Below, piece by piece: positions 31,427 through 41,093 of a stretch of 64,000 nt of DNA. This DNA comes from Candidatus Levyibacteriota bacterium (GTDB lineage Bacteria > Patescibacteriota > Microgenomatia > Levybacterales > UBA12049). The notes below the pieces were generated by a model. That model was not told the origin of the DNA. It did no database searches and was given only the letters and a program-made list of their open reading frames with translations. Where the stretch lies: the NCBI GenBank assembly GCA_027459725.1, contig DAIDHK010000001.1, forward strand, positions 67,411 through 131,410, written 5' to 3'. Positions within the stretch are counted from its first letter, which is position 1. Each line of letters starts with the position of its first letter. The translations under genes and the position numbers were made by a program.

Positions 31427-33631
31427 CTACTGCGGCGTATTCAAACTACGCAAAAATTCTTCCGGATCATGTATCAAAACATCGCGGGGCTTAGATCCTT
31501 CTGGATGTCCAACCACACCTGCTTCTTCTAACATGTCAATTAAACGGGCAGCCTTGGCATAACCGATGGACATTTTTCGTTGTAGGAAAGAAGATGATGC
31601 CTGTTTAAACTGACAGACGATACGCACGGCCTGTTCAAAATCCGCATCGTGCCCATCGGCACCCATGCTGCCGCCTTTTTTACCAGTAGAAATTGGTTGA
31701 TTAATAATTTCTTCTGTGTACTCAACCGCCACATTCTTAGATTTGAGAAATTCTACTAATTTCTTTGTTTCCTTTTCTGATACGAACGCTCCCTGTATAC
31801 GCGTTGGCTTAGCCTGATCTGGCGGAACATACAACATATCACCGCGGCCCAGTAATTTTTCAGCGCCTGGCATATCCAGAATAACACGGGAATCAATCAT
31901 TGAAGAAACGTTAAAGGCTACACGACTGGGAATATTGGCTTTAATCAAACCGGTAATAACATTAACAGATGGACGCTGCGTAGCGATTACTAAATGTATA
32001 CCGACAGCACGAGCCATCTGCGCCAAACGAGTAATAGTATCCTCCACTTCCACTGGCGCAAACATCATTAAATCAGCTAATTCATCAATAATAATAATAA
32101 TATAAGGCATCGCCTGAAAACCTGATAGCTCATTATATGAGTCAATATTACGTACTCCTCTTTCTGCAAAAATCTTGTATCTTCTATCCATTTCTCCGGT
32201 AGCCCATTTTAGGGCTGAGAGAATTTTTTCTACATCCACAATGACAGGGGTCAGTAAATGAGGAATACCATTATAACTAGTCAACTCTACCCGTTTGGGA
32301 TCAATTAGAATCATTTTTACTTCTTGAGGAGATGCGCGAAACAATAATGAAGTAATAAAAGCATTCATCAAGACTGATTTTCCTGAACCAGTGGTACCTG
32401 CAATCAAGACATGCGGCATTTTGGAAATGTCCGCAATCAAAGGAGCTCCAGAGACATCAAGTCCTAAGGAAACGGCCAATTTTGATTTACTTTTTTGCAT
32501 CACAGTAGATGCTAACATAGTTTTCAGGGTAACGACTTCCAGAGAGCGGTTAGGAATTTCTATGCCAACTAAATTACGTCCGGGAATCGGAGCTTCTATA
32601 CGAATCTGTCCAGTAGGAGCTTCCGTAGCCAAAGCCAAATCATTAGCCAAAGAAGTAATTTTAGAAACCTTAGTTCCAAGGGCAATTTCCAATGCATATT
32701 GAGTGACGGCGGGACCCAAATTGACTTCAGCAACTCTGGCAGCTACACTAAAACTCGATAATGTTTTTTCAATAAGAGAAGCTATTTTGTTAATATCACC
32801 ACGGTCTGCCTTTTTACCCGGATCATCTGATAACAAAGAAAGAGGTGGATATTCCCAAATACCCGAACCGCTTAAAGCATTAGCTACTAATTTATCTGAT
32901 AGCAACTCAGCATTAGGTCTTTTATCGTTAGTTTGAACTTGTGATTCAACCGCTTTAGCCAGGGCAGGCTGCGCAGTCCTAATAGCTGGTCCCTCTGCCT
33001 TTTGCCCACCCTTAATCGTTAAAGGCTTATGTGAGAACCCTTCCTTATTTTTCTTAAACACTCTAAGTAATCCAAAAGGCATCAACCGTGAAGTGTTTTT
33101 AACAATTGAACTAAAGAGATAGGCTATCTCATCAACTGAAGTATCGAAAAAGACAATTATTCCTACAAATATCCCTGCAATATATACCACGTCAGCAAAT
33201 GCCTTATTGACAATGTCAGACACTATTTGAAACATACTGGCTCCAATAGATCCGCTGCGGGAAAGGGCCAGTAAGCTTACGAAAAACAGTAGATATCCAA
33301 TAGCAACATTTAATTTTGAAAGATAAAATTTTAAATGGAAAAAAAGTAAGGCAAAAAATACTAAAACCAGGGGGAACAGAAATGAGACACTGCCAAACTT
33401 ATCATTTAACATAGTATTTATCCCTAACAAAGCACTATTACTTTTACCAAAGGATAAATAGAGTAATACGGCAACTACCAAAAATCCAACTGCAAACAAA
33501 TTATATACAGTGTTTTTTTTTAGTTTTAATTTAAATTTTTTACGATGACCACGTCTAGCCATAGGCAAGTTAACAAGTTCATAATAGCACAATCCGAGCG
33601 CTCTGACAAAGTCAGATTTTGATAAATTCAA
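31427..33631 (-). CDS. ftsK: DNA translocase FtsK/SpoIIIE
   Basis: N-terminal TM helices; 'HVLIAGTTGSGKSVLMNAFITSLL' Walker A; '...IIIIDELADLM' Walker B; C-terminal gamma (winged-helix) domain. Confidence 0.9.
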   Translation of the reverse strand: MNLSKSDFVRALGLCYYELVNLPMARRGHRKKFKLKLKKNTVYNLFAVGFLVVAVLLYLSFGKSNSALLGINTMLNDKFGSVSFLFPLVLVFFALLFFHLKFYLSKLNVAIGYLLFFVSLLALSRSGSIGASMFQIVSDIVNKAFADVVYIAGIFVGIIVFFDTSVDEIAYLFSSIVKNTSRLMPFGLLRVFKKNKEGFSHKPLTIKGGQKAEGPAIRTAQPALAKAVESQVQTNDKRPNAELLSDKLVANALSGSGIWEYPPLSLLSDDPGKKADRGDINKIASLIEKTLSSFSVAARVAEVNLGPAVTQYALEIALGTKVSKITSLANDLALATEAPTGQIRIEAPIPGRNLVGIEIPNRSLEVVTLKTMLASTVMQKSKSKLAVSLGLDVSGAPLIADISKMPHVLIAGTTGSGKSVLMNAFITSLLFRASPQEVKMILIDPKRVELTSYNGIPHLLTPVIVDVEKILSALKWATGEMDRRYKIFAERGVRNIDSYNELSGFQAMPYIIIIIDELADLMMFAPVEVEDTITRLAQMARAVGIHLVIATQRPSVNVITGLIKANIPSRVAFNVSSMIDSRVILDMPGAEKLLGRGDMLYVPPDQAKPTRIQGAFVSEKETKKLVEFLKSKNVAVEYTEEIINQPISTGKKGGSMGADGHDADFEQAVRIVCQFKQASSSFLQRKMSIGYAKAARLIDMLEEAGVVGHPEGSKPRDVLIHDPEEFLRSLNTPQ

Positions 33632-33718
33632 CCTGTAATTCAGTATATCTTAAGTATTTTTCTGCAAAATTAGCAGTTTAGAGCATAGACTGAAATATTG
33701 TCTGGAATATGAGCAATT

Positions 33719-34426
33719 TTGGGTGTAAAATCATATAATATGATTGAGAAAGTTAAAACACTGTCAAATAGAATAACTCACAAAATCAGACGTATGCGTC
33801 TGCAAAAAATGCATATAGATTATATAGCTGGTCTATTAACAATCCCAGTTTTATTGACAGCTATTATGATCAATTTTGGTAATCTAAATAAAAACACCAA
33901 AACTACAACCACTACGGAAACTCCAAGTCCGCAAGTTATTATAGTCACGACAGCTCCTAATAATAACAACGCTGATGTCAGCCAAAATCAAACAGCTCTG
34001 CCAACACCCACGCCTGTCTGTCAAAAAAATATAGGTCCCATCAGTATTACCTCACCGACCGAAGGACAAACGGTCAGTGATAACCCTGTATGTATACAAA
34101 TCAATTATTCAGATAGTAATTACTGCTCTGTGGTATGGTCATACCGCATAAATGGAGGTTCATGGTCTGATTTTAATAATAACTCTCCCTGTCTGTATAA
34201 CCTATCTAACGGTAACATTCAATTCCAGTTGAGAGTTAATAGTACAGTATCAAGTGATAGTACAACTCTGACTAGAAATTTCGTTTATGACGGTGCTAAC
34301 AATCCCGTTATTACTCCAACACCAACTCCTTTACCGACGTCTACACCAACTCCTACAAACACACCAACACCGACTCCTTCACCAACTATAACAATTACAC
34401 CTACTGTCCCTGTTCCGACTAAGTAA
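33719..34426 (+). CDS. membrane-anchored surface protein with Cys-containing beta domain and Pro/Thr-rich C-terminus
   Basis: TM 'IAGLLTIPVLLTAIMINF'; four Cys; C-terminal '(TP)n' repeats 'TPTPTPLPTSTPTPTNTPTPTPSPT'. Confidence 0.45.
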   Translation: MGVKSYNMIEKVKTLSNRITHKIRRMRLQKMHIDYIAGLLTIPVLLTAIMINFGNLNKNTKTTTTTETPSPQVIIVTTAPNNNNADVSQNQTALPTPTPVCQKNIGPISITSPTEGQTVSDNPVCIQINYSDSNYCSVVWSYRINGGSWSDFNNNSPCLYNLSNGNIQFQLRVNSTVSSDSTTLTRNFVYDGANNPVITPTPTPLPTSTPTPTNTPTPTPSPTITITPTVPVPTK

Positions 34427-34487
34427 TTTATACCATACATCAATTACTCTCAGTTTCTTAAAACACATTAGTAAGATAATCTATAAT

Positions 34488-35132
34488 CTAATAATTATCC
34501 GGACATAAATCTCCCAATGGACACCCTGCACAAACATGTTTGCGTGCTGGACAGTAATCTCTTCCGAAATTAATCATCAAATGTGTAAAATCAATCCAGT
34601 CTTGGCGGGGAATAATTTTCATCAGATCCTGTTCTATTTTCTCAGGCGTTTTCTCTTTGGTTAAACCCAGGCGTTGTGTTAAACGCATGACATGGGTATC
34701 TACAGCAATACCTTCAGCTTTACCAAAGGCATTTCCCAACACCACATTAGCTGTCTTTCTCGCAACTCCGGGTAGACTATCCAAATCCTCCAACGTTTGC
34801 GGAACATTACCACTAAACTTTTCCACAATCATTTTACAAGCGGCCACAATATTTTTAGCTTTATTAAAATGAAAATTAATTTTTTTAATCTCTTTATCCA
34901 ACTGCTCCGGCTTTAAATTAGCAAAATCCTCAGCTTTTTTATACTTAGCAAACAAATCAGGTGTAACTGTATTTACAGTTTTATCCGTCGCCTGCGCTGA
35001 AAGAATCGTAGCGATTAATAACTGTAAAGGTGTCCGGTAATATAATGCTGTCTGAGGATGAGGATATACATTACGCAATCTCTTAATTATTTCTTTTGCT
35101 TTTTCTTCCCGTGTCATAAAACTAGATCTCAA
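34488..35132 (-). CDS. nth: endonuclease III (DNA glycosylase/AP lyase)
   Basis: HhH-GPD 'LPGVARKTANVVLGNAFG' and the [4Fe-4S] cluster loop 'CPARKHVCAGCPLGDLC'. Confidence 0.85.
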   Translation of the reverse strand: MRSSFMTREEKAKEIIKRLRNVYPHPQTALYYRTPLQLLIATILSAQATDKTVNTVTPDLFAKYKKAEDFANLKPEQLDKEIKKINFHFNKAKNIVAACKMIVEKFSGNVPQTLEDLDSLPGVARKTANVVLGNAFGKAEGIAVDTHVMRLTQRLGLTKEKTPEKIEQDLMKIIPRQDWIDFTHLMINFGRDYCPARKHVCAGCPLGDLCPDNY

Positions 35133-36855
35133 TTACAATTGGTAAAACTAACGGACGTCTACGGGTCAGACGAAATATAAGCTTAGCCGAAACGTCTGAA
35201 ACTAATTTTCTCATGTGTACCCAGCTGGTCACTTTTACTCTCTTACTGACCAGCACATTTCTTAACTCTCTATCCAATGATGATTTAATATCCTGCATGT
35301 CGCTTTGTAATAATCCTCTGGTAACCACTTCTGGTGGATTAACCAGTTGTCCTTCTTCAGCAGATACTTCTGCCATGACAATGACGATTCCTTCTTTAGC
35401 TAGCTGTTCACGATCCCGAAGTACAAAATTCTCTACCTCTTCCCCGGAATATTGATCGACATATACGTGCTCAATTTGAATTCGCTTACCCAGTTTCATA
35501 TTATCCTGATTAATAAGCACTTCCTGTCCGTCTTCAATCAATAGAATTTGTTTTCGCTGATAACCAAACTTTTCTGCCAGCCGTCTGTAGGCTACCATCT
35601 GTTTGTACGTTCCGCTAATAGGAATTAAAAACTTCGGTTTTGTAAGAGATAACAATAGCATCATATCACCTGAAGCCCCATGACCTGAAACATGAAACTT
35701 ATCGGAAATTTGGGTATATAAAACTTTGGCACCAGTTTTGGAGATTTCATCAACTAACTGGTCAACTAATACTTCATTTCCGGGAATTGGATCAGCAGAA
35801 AAAATTACTATATCATCCGGAGATAGCTTTACTTCTTTATGTTCACCATTGGCAATTCGACTCATACCTGAATTTTCCTGTCCCTGCGCACCGGCCACCA
35901 ACAGCAATAACTGTTTGTCGTTGTAATTCTTGATCTGATCAATTTCAATCTCGGTATTTTGAAGCATTTGCAAATAACCAAGACGTTGTCCAATGTCTTT
36001 ATTTTTGATTAAGGACCTACCAATAAAACAAACCTTGCGATTATATTTTTCTGCTGCTTTGATAGCTTGGTTCAAACGCGAAATATTGGAAGAATAAGTT
36101 GTGATAATACACTTTCCACGACAGTTAGCTACTTCGCGTTCAAAATCGGCCGAAATTGTTTCTTCTGAATGCGTAAATCCGGTCCGTTCAGCTCCCAGAC
36201 AATCTGATAATAAACATAAGATACCCTGATTAGCCGCATTGACGATACCGGCAAAATCAGTTTTTTTACCATCGGCTGGAGTAAAATCAAATTTATAATC
36301 TGCACCATGATAAAAATTACCCACTGGTGTTTTTATAAAAATATGAGAGCTATCAGGGATTGAATGGGTTATACGTATAAAAGAAACCGTGAAGGGACCT
36401 AAATTTATCTCACGGTTATCAAATGGCACCGTTTCCACTTTACCTGATATTTCAAATTCTTTTAATTTCTCATTGGCAAATGCTGCTGTCAATGGGCTTG
36501 CATACATCGGAAAATCATAACCGGCAGTCTGTAGCTGTGGTAAAACAAAAGGTAATGCCCCTATATGGTCTTCATGTCCATGTGAGAACACCATTCCCAT
36601 AATTTTTTTGTTTTTATTATTTTTGAGTAAATAACGGACATCGGGTAAAAGCAGATCGACACCCAACATGGTTTCATCGGCAAAACCCAGACCGCAATCA
36701 ACGATTAAAATCTGATCTTTATATTCATAGACGTACATATTACGTGTTACATCACCTGGTCCTCCCAACGGTAACAGAGATAATGTTTCGTTATTCTTTT
36801 TGAAAAACTTTTTCTGAGGTTGAAAAGGAGGCTTTGCATTTAAATTTTCTTCCAT
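35122..36855 (-). CDS. rnj: ribonuclease J (metallo-beta-lactamase/beta-CASP)
   Basis: 'VFSHGHEDHIGALPFV' HxHxDH motif; beta-CASP and C-terminal domains; 577 aa. Confidence 0.85.
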   Translation of the reverse strand: MEENLNAKPPFQPQKKFFKKNNETLSLLPLGGPGDVTRNMYVYEYKDQILIVDCGLGFADETMLGVDLLLPDVRYLLKNNKNKKIMGMVFSHGHEDHIGALPFVLPQLQTAGYDFPMYASPLTAAFANEKLKEFEISGKVETVPFDNREINLGPFTVSFIRITHSIPDSSHIFIKTPVGNFYHGADYKFDFTPADGKKTDFAGIVNAANQGILCLLSDCLGAERTGFTHSEETISADFEREVANCRGKCIITTYSSNISRLNQAIKAAEKYNRKVCFIGRSLIKNKDIGQRLGYLQMLQNTEIEIDQIKNYNDKQLLLLVAGAQGQENSGMSRIANGEHKEVKLSPDDIVIFSADPIPGNEVLVDQLVDEISKTGAKVLYTQISDKFHVSGHGASGDMMLLLSLTKPKFLIPISGTYKQMVAYRRLAEKFGYQRKQILLIEDGQEVLINQDNMKLGKRIQIEHVYVDQYSGEEVENFVLRDREQLAKEGIVIVMAEVSAEEGQLVNPPEVVTRGLLQSDMQDIKSSLDRELRNVLVSKRVKVTSWVHMRKLVSDVSAKLIFRLTRRRPLVLPIVIEI

Positions 36856-36904
36856 AATTTATCCAATTTCTAATCTATATTATACTCTTATATAGCTGCA
36901 TATT

Positions 36905-38167
36905 CTACCAGGAGGGTAAAAATTCTTTGATATTGCTGTCATTTACGACTACAGTTTGTACTTTTCCTTCAACAATCAATCTGGCCGATTTACGACACAT
37001 ATTGTCTATGGTCCTTTCTAGAGTACGAATACCTGAATCAAAACCCAAAGGGCGGATAACACCTGCCCAGGAATTATCGTCAATCGTCATTTGCTGTGGC
37101 AATAAACCGGCCTGTTGACGAATTTTTGGGAATAGGTAAGTCTTAGCAATCACTATCTTTTCTTCATCCGAGTAAGAGGGCATTTGAATAATTTCCAAAC
37201 GGTCCATCACCGCAGTTGAAATAGCCGTCGTATTGTTGGCTGTAGCCACAAAGAGAACATGTGATAAATCAAAGGGATAATCAATATAATGATCAATAAA
37301 AGCTGCATTCTGTTCCGGATCTAACAGCTCAACTAAAACTCCCATGATATCGGCACGGGAAGCTTCAGTCACACGATCCAGCTCATCTAGTAAAATAACT
37401 GGATTTTTAGTCTTGGCATGAACTAATTTCTTGATCACCGAGCCCGGTTCTGCATCAGGAAAAGCACGCGACTGGCCTCTGAGGGCTAGAGAATCAGCCA
37501 TACCTCCAAATGGTATGCGTTCAAACTGCTTGCCTAAAGCTTCAGAGATAGATTTTGCCAAAGTTGTCTTACCCGTACCGGCTAATCCTACTAAACATAA
37601 GATTGGTGCGTGCTGTATATTGTTAACTCCACCATTTTTTAAATTCAAAATAATAGTAGCCAGATAATCCAAAATTCTACTTTTAATTGGCTCAAGTCCA
37701 TAGTGATTTTTATCCAGAATTTCTTTTGCATTGACTAGATCCAGTGAATCTTTAGAAAGGGTGTTCCAGGGCAAACCAATCACCCAATTAATATAATTGG
37801 ATGTACTTTCATATTCTAAAATGTAATTTGCACTCATAAAACCAGCACTGGCTCTGATTAATGCCAAGCGTGCAATTCGCTCGACCAGTGACTGATGTAA
37901 ATCTGCAGGTAGCTTTATTGACTCAATTTTTTCTCCTAATTTCCTTATTTGATCATTTGAACTCGCTTTGGCTTTATCCTCTTCTGTCTCTTTTACGACA
38001 GTCTGACGATTATCAGGAGCAATAATCTGCGGTCCTGATGGAACGTATGTCGTCTGATCCATAGGCAAATCTTGATTAACTGGCTGAGATTGTACTGATG
38101 GTGCATTTAAACCGCTAGTCGGCGTACTTGAAGATGTAACATTTTCCGTTTGGGCAGTGGAATTCAT
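36905..38167 (-). CDS. Lon-like AAA+ ATPase module without LonN or S16 protease domains
   Basis: 'LDKNHYGLEPIKSRILDYLA...ILCLVGLAGTGKTTLAKSISEALGKQFERIPFGGMADSLALRGQSRAFPDAEPG...PVILLDELDRV...LDPEQNAAFIDHYIDYPFDLSHVLFVATANN' is collinear with Lon AAA+ ('DHYGLEKVKERILEYLAV...LCLVGPPGVGKTSLGKSIA...'). The ORF stops where the protease domain would begin, and RNase J starts 49 nt later. Confidence 0.75.
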   Translation of the reverse strand: MNSTAQTENVTSSSTPTSGLNAPSVQSQPVNQDLPMDQTTYVPSGPQIIAPDNRQTVVKETEEDKAKASSNDQIRKLGEKIESIKLPADLHQSLVERIARLALIRASAGFMSANYILEYESTSNYINWVIGLPWNTLSKDSLDLVNAKEILDKNHYGLEPIKSRILDYLATIILNLKNGGVNNIQHAPILCLVGLAGTGKTTLAKSISEALGKQFERIPFGGMADSLALRGQSRAFPDAEPGSVIKKLVHAKTKNPVILLDELDRVTEASRADIMGVLVELLDPEQNAAFIDHYIDYPFDLSHVLFVATANNTTAISTAVMDRLEIIQMPSYSDEEKIVIAKTYLFPKIRQQAGLLPQQMTIDDNSWAGVIRPLGFDSGIRTLERTIDNMCRKSARLIVEGKVQTVVVNDSNIKEFLPSW

Positions 38168-38292
38168 AACATAATGATAATATAGTCAGCTTGAAAACAC
38201 AAACAATATAATTAAAAACTATCGGAAAGAACAATTTAACCAGTAAACAATGGATAGATGTTAATTCTTTCTAGTTATTATCAGCTAGAAGA

Positions 38293-40566
38293 TTAGAAGT
38301 GTTTTTTGCGACGCATGCCTTTACCAAATTTTTCGTTACGGTTAAATCCACCACGTTCTCTCCTGAATTGTTGAGACAACGGGTGATCACTGTGTCTTTC
38401 TTCTCTATCATTTCTTTCGCTGTTTCTTTTTTGCTCCTGCTCCCTGGCTTCATCAGCTGACAGCATAGAAAGATTAATTCTGCCCTGATCGTCAATTTGT
38501 ATTACTCTTACCTTCACTACCTGGCCAATCTGCACCACATCTTCAGGTGATTTGACGAAATCTTTAGACATCTGGGAGACATGTACCATGCCTTCCTTAC
38601 CTGGCAAAATTTCTACAAAAGCTCCGAAAGACAAAATTCTTTTAACCGGACCTTCAAATTCTTCGCCAACTTGTACTTCTCGTACGATACCTTTGACCCA
38701 ATCATAGGCTTTTTGTACTGACTCATCACTCGTACCCGAAACCGTTACTTTACCGTCATCCTCAACATCAACGCTCGCGCCAGTTTGGGCGATTATGTGT
38801 TTTATGGTTTTCCCCCCAGGTCCAATAATCTCACCGATGCGATCAACAGGAATTTGCAAAACTTCAATCTTTGGTGCATAGGCTGATAATTGAGAGCGTG
38901 AAGATGGAATTACAGTCTGCATGACTTCCAGAATTTGCATTCTTGCATTGCGAGCCCGTTCAAAAATTTCGGCAATTTGTTCAACGGTTAACCCCAATAT
39001 TTTTACATCCAATTGTATAGCAGTTACACCTGTATCTGTCCCTGCCACTTTAAAGTCCATATCACCGGAAAAATCTTCCAGTCCAATGATATCAGTCAAT
39101 AAAACATATTTTTCTTCATTGGACATCATACCAATAGAAATTCCCGCCACTGGTTTGATGATAGGTACACCTGCATCCATTAAAGCCAAAGTAGAACCAC
39201 AAGCTGAGGCCATAGAAGTAGAGCCATTGGAGGACATTATCTCTGATACTACACGAATAGTGTAAGGGAAAACATCACGACTTGGTATAACCGCTTCTAA
39301 AGCTCTTTCTGCAAGTGCACCATGCCCGATCTCACGGCGTGAAGGAGTTCCCATTCTCCCAGCCTCACCTACGGAATAAGGTGGCATAGAGTAATGATGA
39401 ATATATCTTTTACTTTCCTCACCCTCAGCCGATTCGATCAACTGTTCCATACGAGGAGAACCAAGAGTTACTACAGTTAAGGCTTGAGTCATTCCACGCT
39501 GGAAAATAGCTGATCCATGAGTTCTGGGCAACAATCCAACTTCTACATGCAATGGACGAATCTCGTCCATTTTGCGACCATCAGCTCTTTTATTATTTTT
39601 CATCACATCACTGCGGATTTGCTTAAACATGACATATTCCATTGCCTTAGCAATGGTTTTTTTGTCTACTTCACTAGCACCATCACGCATTTTTTCTGTA
39701 TCATAAATCCTATTAAGCAGGACATCTGTTTCATCTCCACTGCCTTCTTTACTGACACGGGAAACTATTAAATCTTTGATATCAGACAGATATTCCTTTT
39801 CAATCAAAGTTGCTACTTCATGCAATTTTGTATTTGGCTCAACGACTTTTTTCTCCTGACCTGCTTTAGCCCGGAACTCCTCGATAAACTTGATAATCTC
39901 CCCAGTAGCATTATGTGCTTCTTTAGCTGCTTCAACTAATACATTTTCCGGTACTTGCTTAGCACCAGCTTCAATCATGTGAGTTTTTTCTTTGGTCTGA
40001 CTGAAGACAATATCCAACTCTGAATGTTCTGTTTCTGAGGTGGTGGGGTTAACAATAAGTTCACTGCCATCATCCGGACTTTGAACATAACCTACGCGTA
40101 CCGCCCCGATTGGTCCTTTCCAGGGAACACGTGACATATGCAGTGCAGCAGAAACAGCAATGATAGATAAAATATCGGGTTCATGTTCTCCATCCACCGA
40201 CAAAACCGTAACAACTACTTGGACTTCATTTTTGTACTCTTTAGGAAACAATGGGCGTATAGAGCGATCAATCAGACGACCAATCAAAATTGACTCATCG
40301 GTCGGACGACCTTCGCGTTTTACCCATCGGGAGCCTTTGATTCTTCCTCCGGCATATAAGCGTTCGACATATTCTACAGTAAGTGGGAAATAATCGATAT
40401 CTTCACGCAGCTTTCCTTCGACAACTGTAGCGTGGACCATAGTATCACCCATGCGGGCCAATACGGCGGCAGTAGCCTGTTCAGCTAACCGACCTGTTTC
40501 CAGTGTTACTTTCTCTCCTGCAACTTCGAATTCTAAGGAGACGATTTTATTTGTTTTTTTTGCCAT
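38293..40566 (-). CDS. pnp: polynucleotide phosphorylase
   Basis: Two RNase PH domains plus KH plus S1 ('GKIVRIVDFGAFV'-like 'GPVKRILSFGAFVEI'), with an Arg/Gly-rich C-terminal tail. Confidence 0.95.
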   Translation of the reverse strand: MAKKTNKIVSLEFEVAGEKVTLETGRLAEQATAAVLARMGDTMVHATVVEGKLREDIDYFPLTVEYVERLYAGGRIKGSRWVKREGRPTDESILIGRLIDRSIRPLFPKEYKNEVQVVVTVLSVDGEHEPDILSIIAVSAALHMSRVPWKGPIGAVRVGYVQSPDDGSELIVNPTTSETEHSELDIVFSQTKEKTHMIEAGAKQVPENVLVEAAKEAHNATGEIIKFIEEFRAKAGQEKKVVEPNTKLHEVATLIEKEYLSDIKDLIVSRVSKEGSGDETDVLLNRIYDTEKMRDGASEVDKKTIAKAMEYVMFKQIRSDVMKNNKRADGRKMDEIRPLHVEVGLLPRTHGSAIFQRGMTQALTVVTLGSPRMEQLIESAEGEESKRYIHHYSMPPYSVGEAGRMGTPSRREIGHGALAERALEAVIPSRDVFPYTIRVVSEIMSSNGSTSMASACGSTLALMDAGVPIIKPVAGISIGMMSNEEKYVLLTDIIGLEDFSGDMDFKVAGTDTGVTAIQLDVKILGLTVEQIAEIFERARNARMQILEVMQTVIPSSRSQLSAYAPKIEVLQIPVDRIGEIIGPGGKTIKHIIAQTGASVDVEDDGKVTVSGTSDESVQKAYDWVKGIVREVQVGEEFEGPVKRILSFGAFVEILPGKEGMVHVSQMSKDFVKSPEDVVQIGQVVKVRVIQIDDQGRINLSMLSADEAREQEQKRNSERNDREERHSDHPLSQQFRRERGGFNRNEKFGKGMRRKKHF

Positions 40567-40733
40567 AAATTTAATCTTTTTTAGTATAACACAGTAATTG
40601 TGTAAAGAAGAATAATAATTATTTTTCTTAACAACTCAACTATGTGGTCCGTAAGAAATATTTGTTATATCAAGTAGTACGTAGCAAGTATGAAGAGGAA
40701 ATCACTTCATATTCATTACATAATACTTGATAC

Positions 40734-41003
40734 TTAGTTCTTCAGACCAATTTTTTTCAATATATCACCTGATCTGCTTTTATCAACTTTCTCCAAAAAG
40801 TTAATAAGTCTGCGTCTTTTAGCAATCATTGATAATAATCCACGGCGGCTGTGAACATCATGAGCATGTGCTTTTAAATGCTCTGCTAAACGATCAATAC
40901 GGTGACTGAGAAGAGCAATTTGTACTTCAGGACTACCAGTATCACTGTTACCTGTCTGATATTGCTTGATAATTTCCTGCTTTTGTGTCGTACTTAACGG
41001 CAT
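40734..41003 (-). CDS. rpsO: 30S ribosomal protein S15
   Basis: 'MPLSTTQKQEIIKQYQTGNSDTGSPEVQIALLSHRIDRLAEHLKAHAHDVHSRRGLLSMIAKRRRL'; 89 aa from the ATG at 41003. Confidence 0.9.
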   Translation of the reverse strand: MPLSTTQKQEIIKQYQTGNSDTGSPEVQIALLSHRIDRLAEHLKAHAHDVHSRRGLLSMIAKRRRLINFLEKVDKSRSGDILKKIGLKN

Positions 41004-41093
41004 AGTAAAAGGTATTATACCAGTTTTGTCCGCCCTTCGCAACCAAACCAATAGCAATTATTTCTTTAACGGAGTTAAAACAATAAATATGCG

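Noticed and set aside
34300-34420. Short tandem DNA repeats (cca aca cca act cc...) and similar at 57627-57720
   Set aside because: They are codon-level (Thr-Pro)n low-complexity linkers within CDSs, not CRISPR or satellite repeats. No CRISPR array in the window.
40567-40733. Hairpin 'ATGAAG-N9-CTTCAT' between rpsO and pnp as an RNase III autoregulatory site or terminator
   Set aside because: 6-bp stem without a U-run. Plausible by analogy with E. coli pnp but too weak to annotate from sequence alone.
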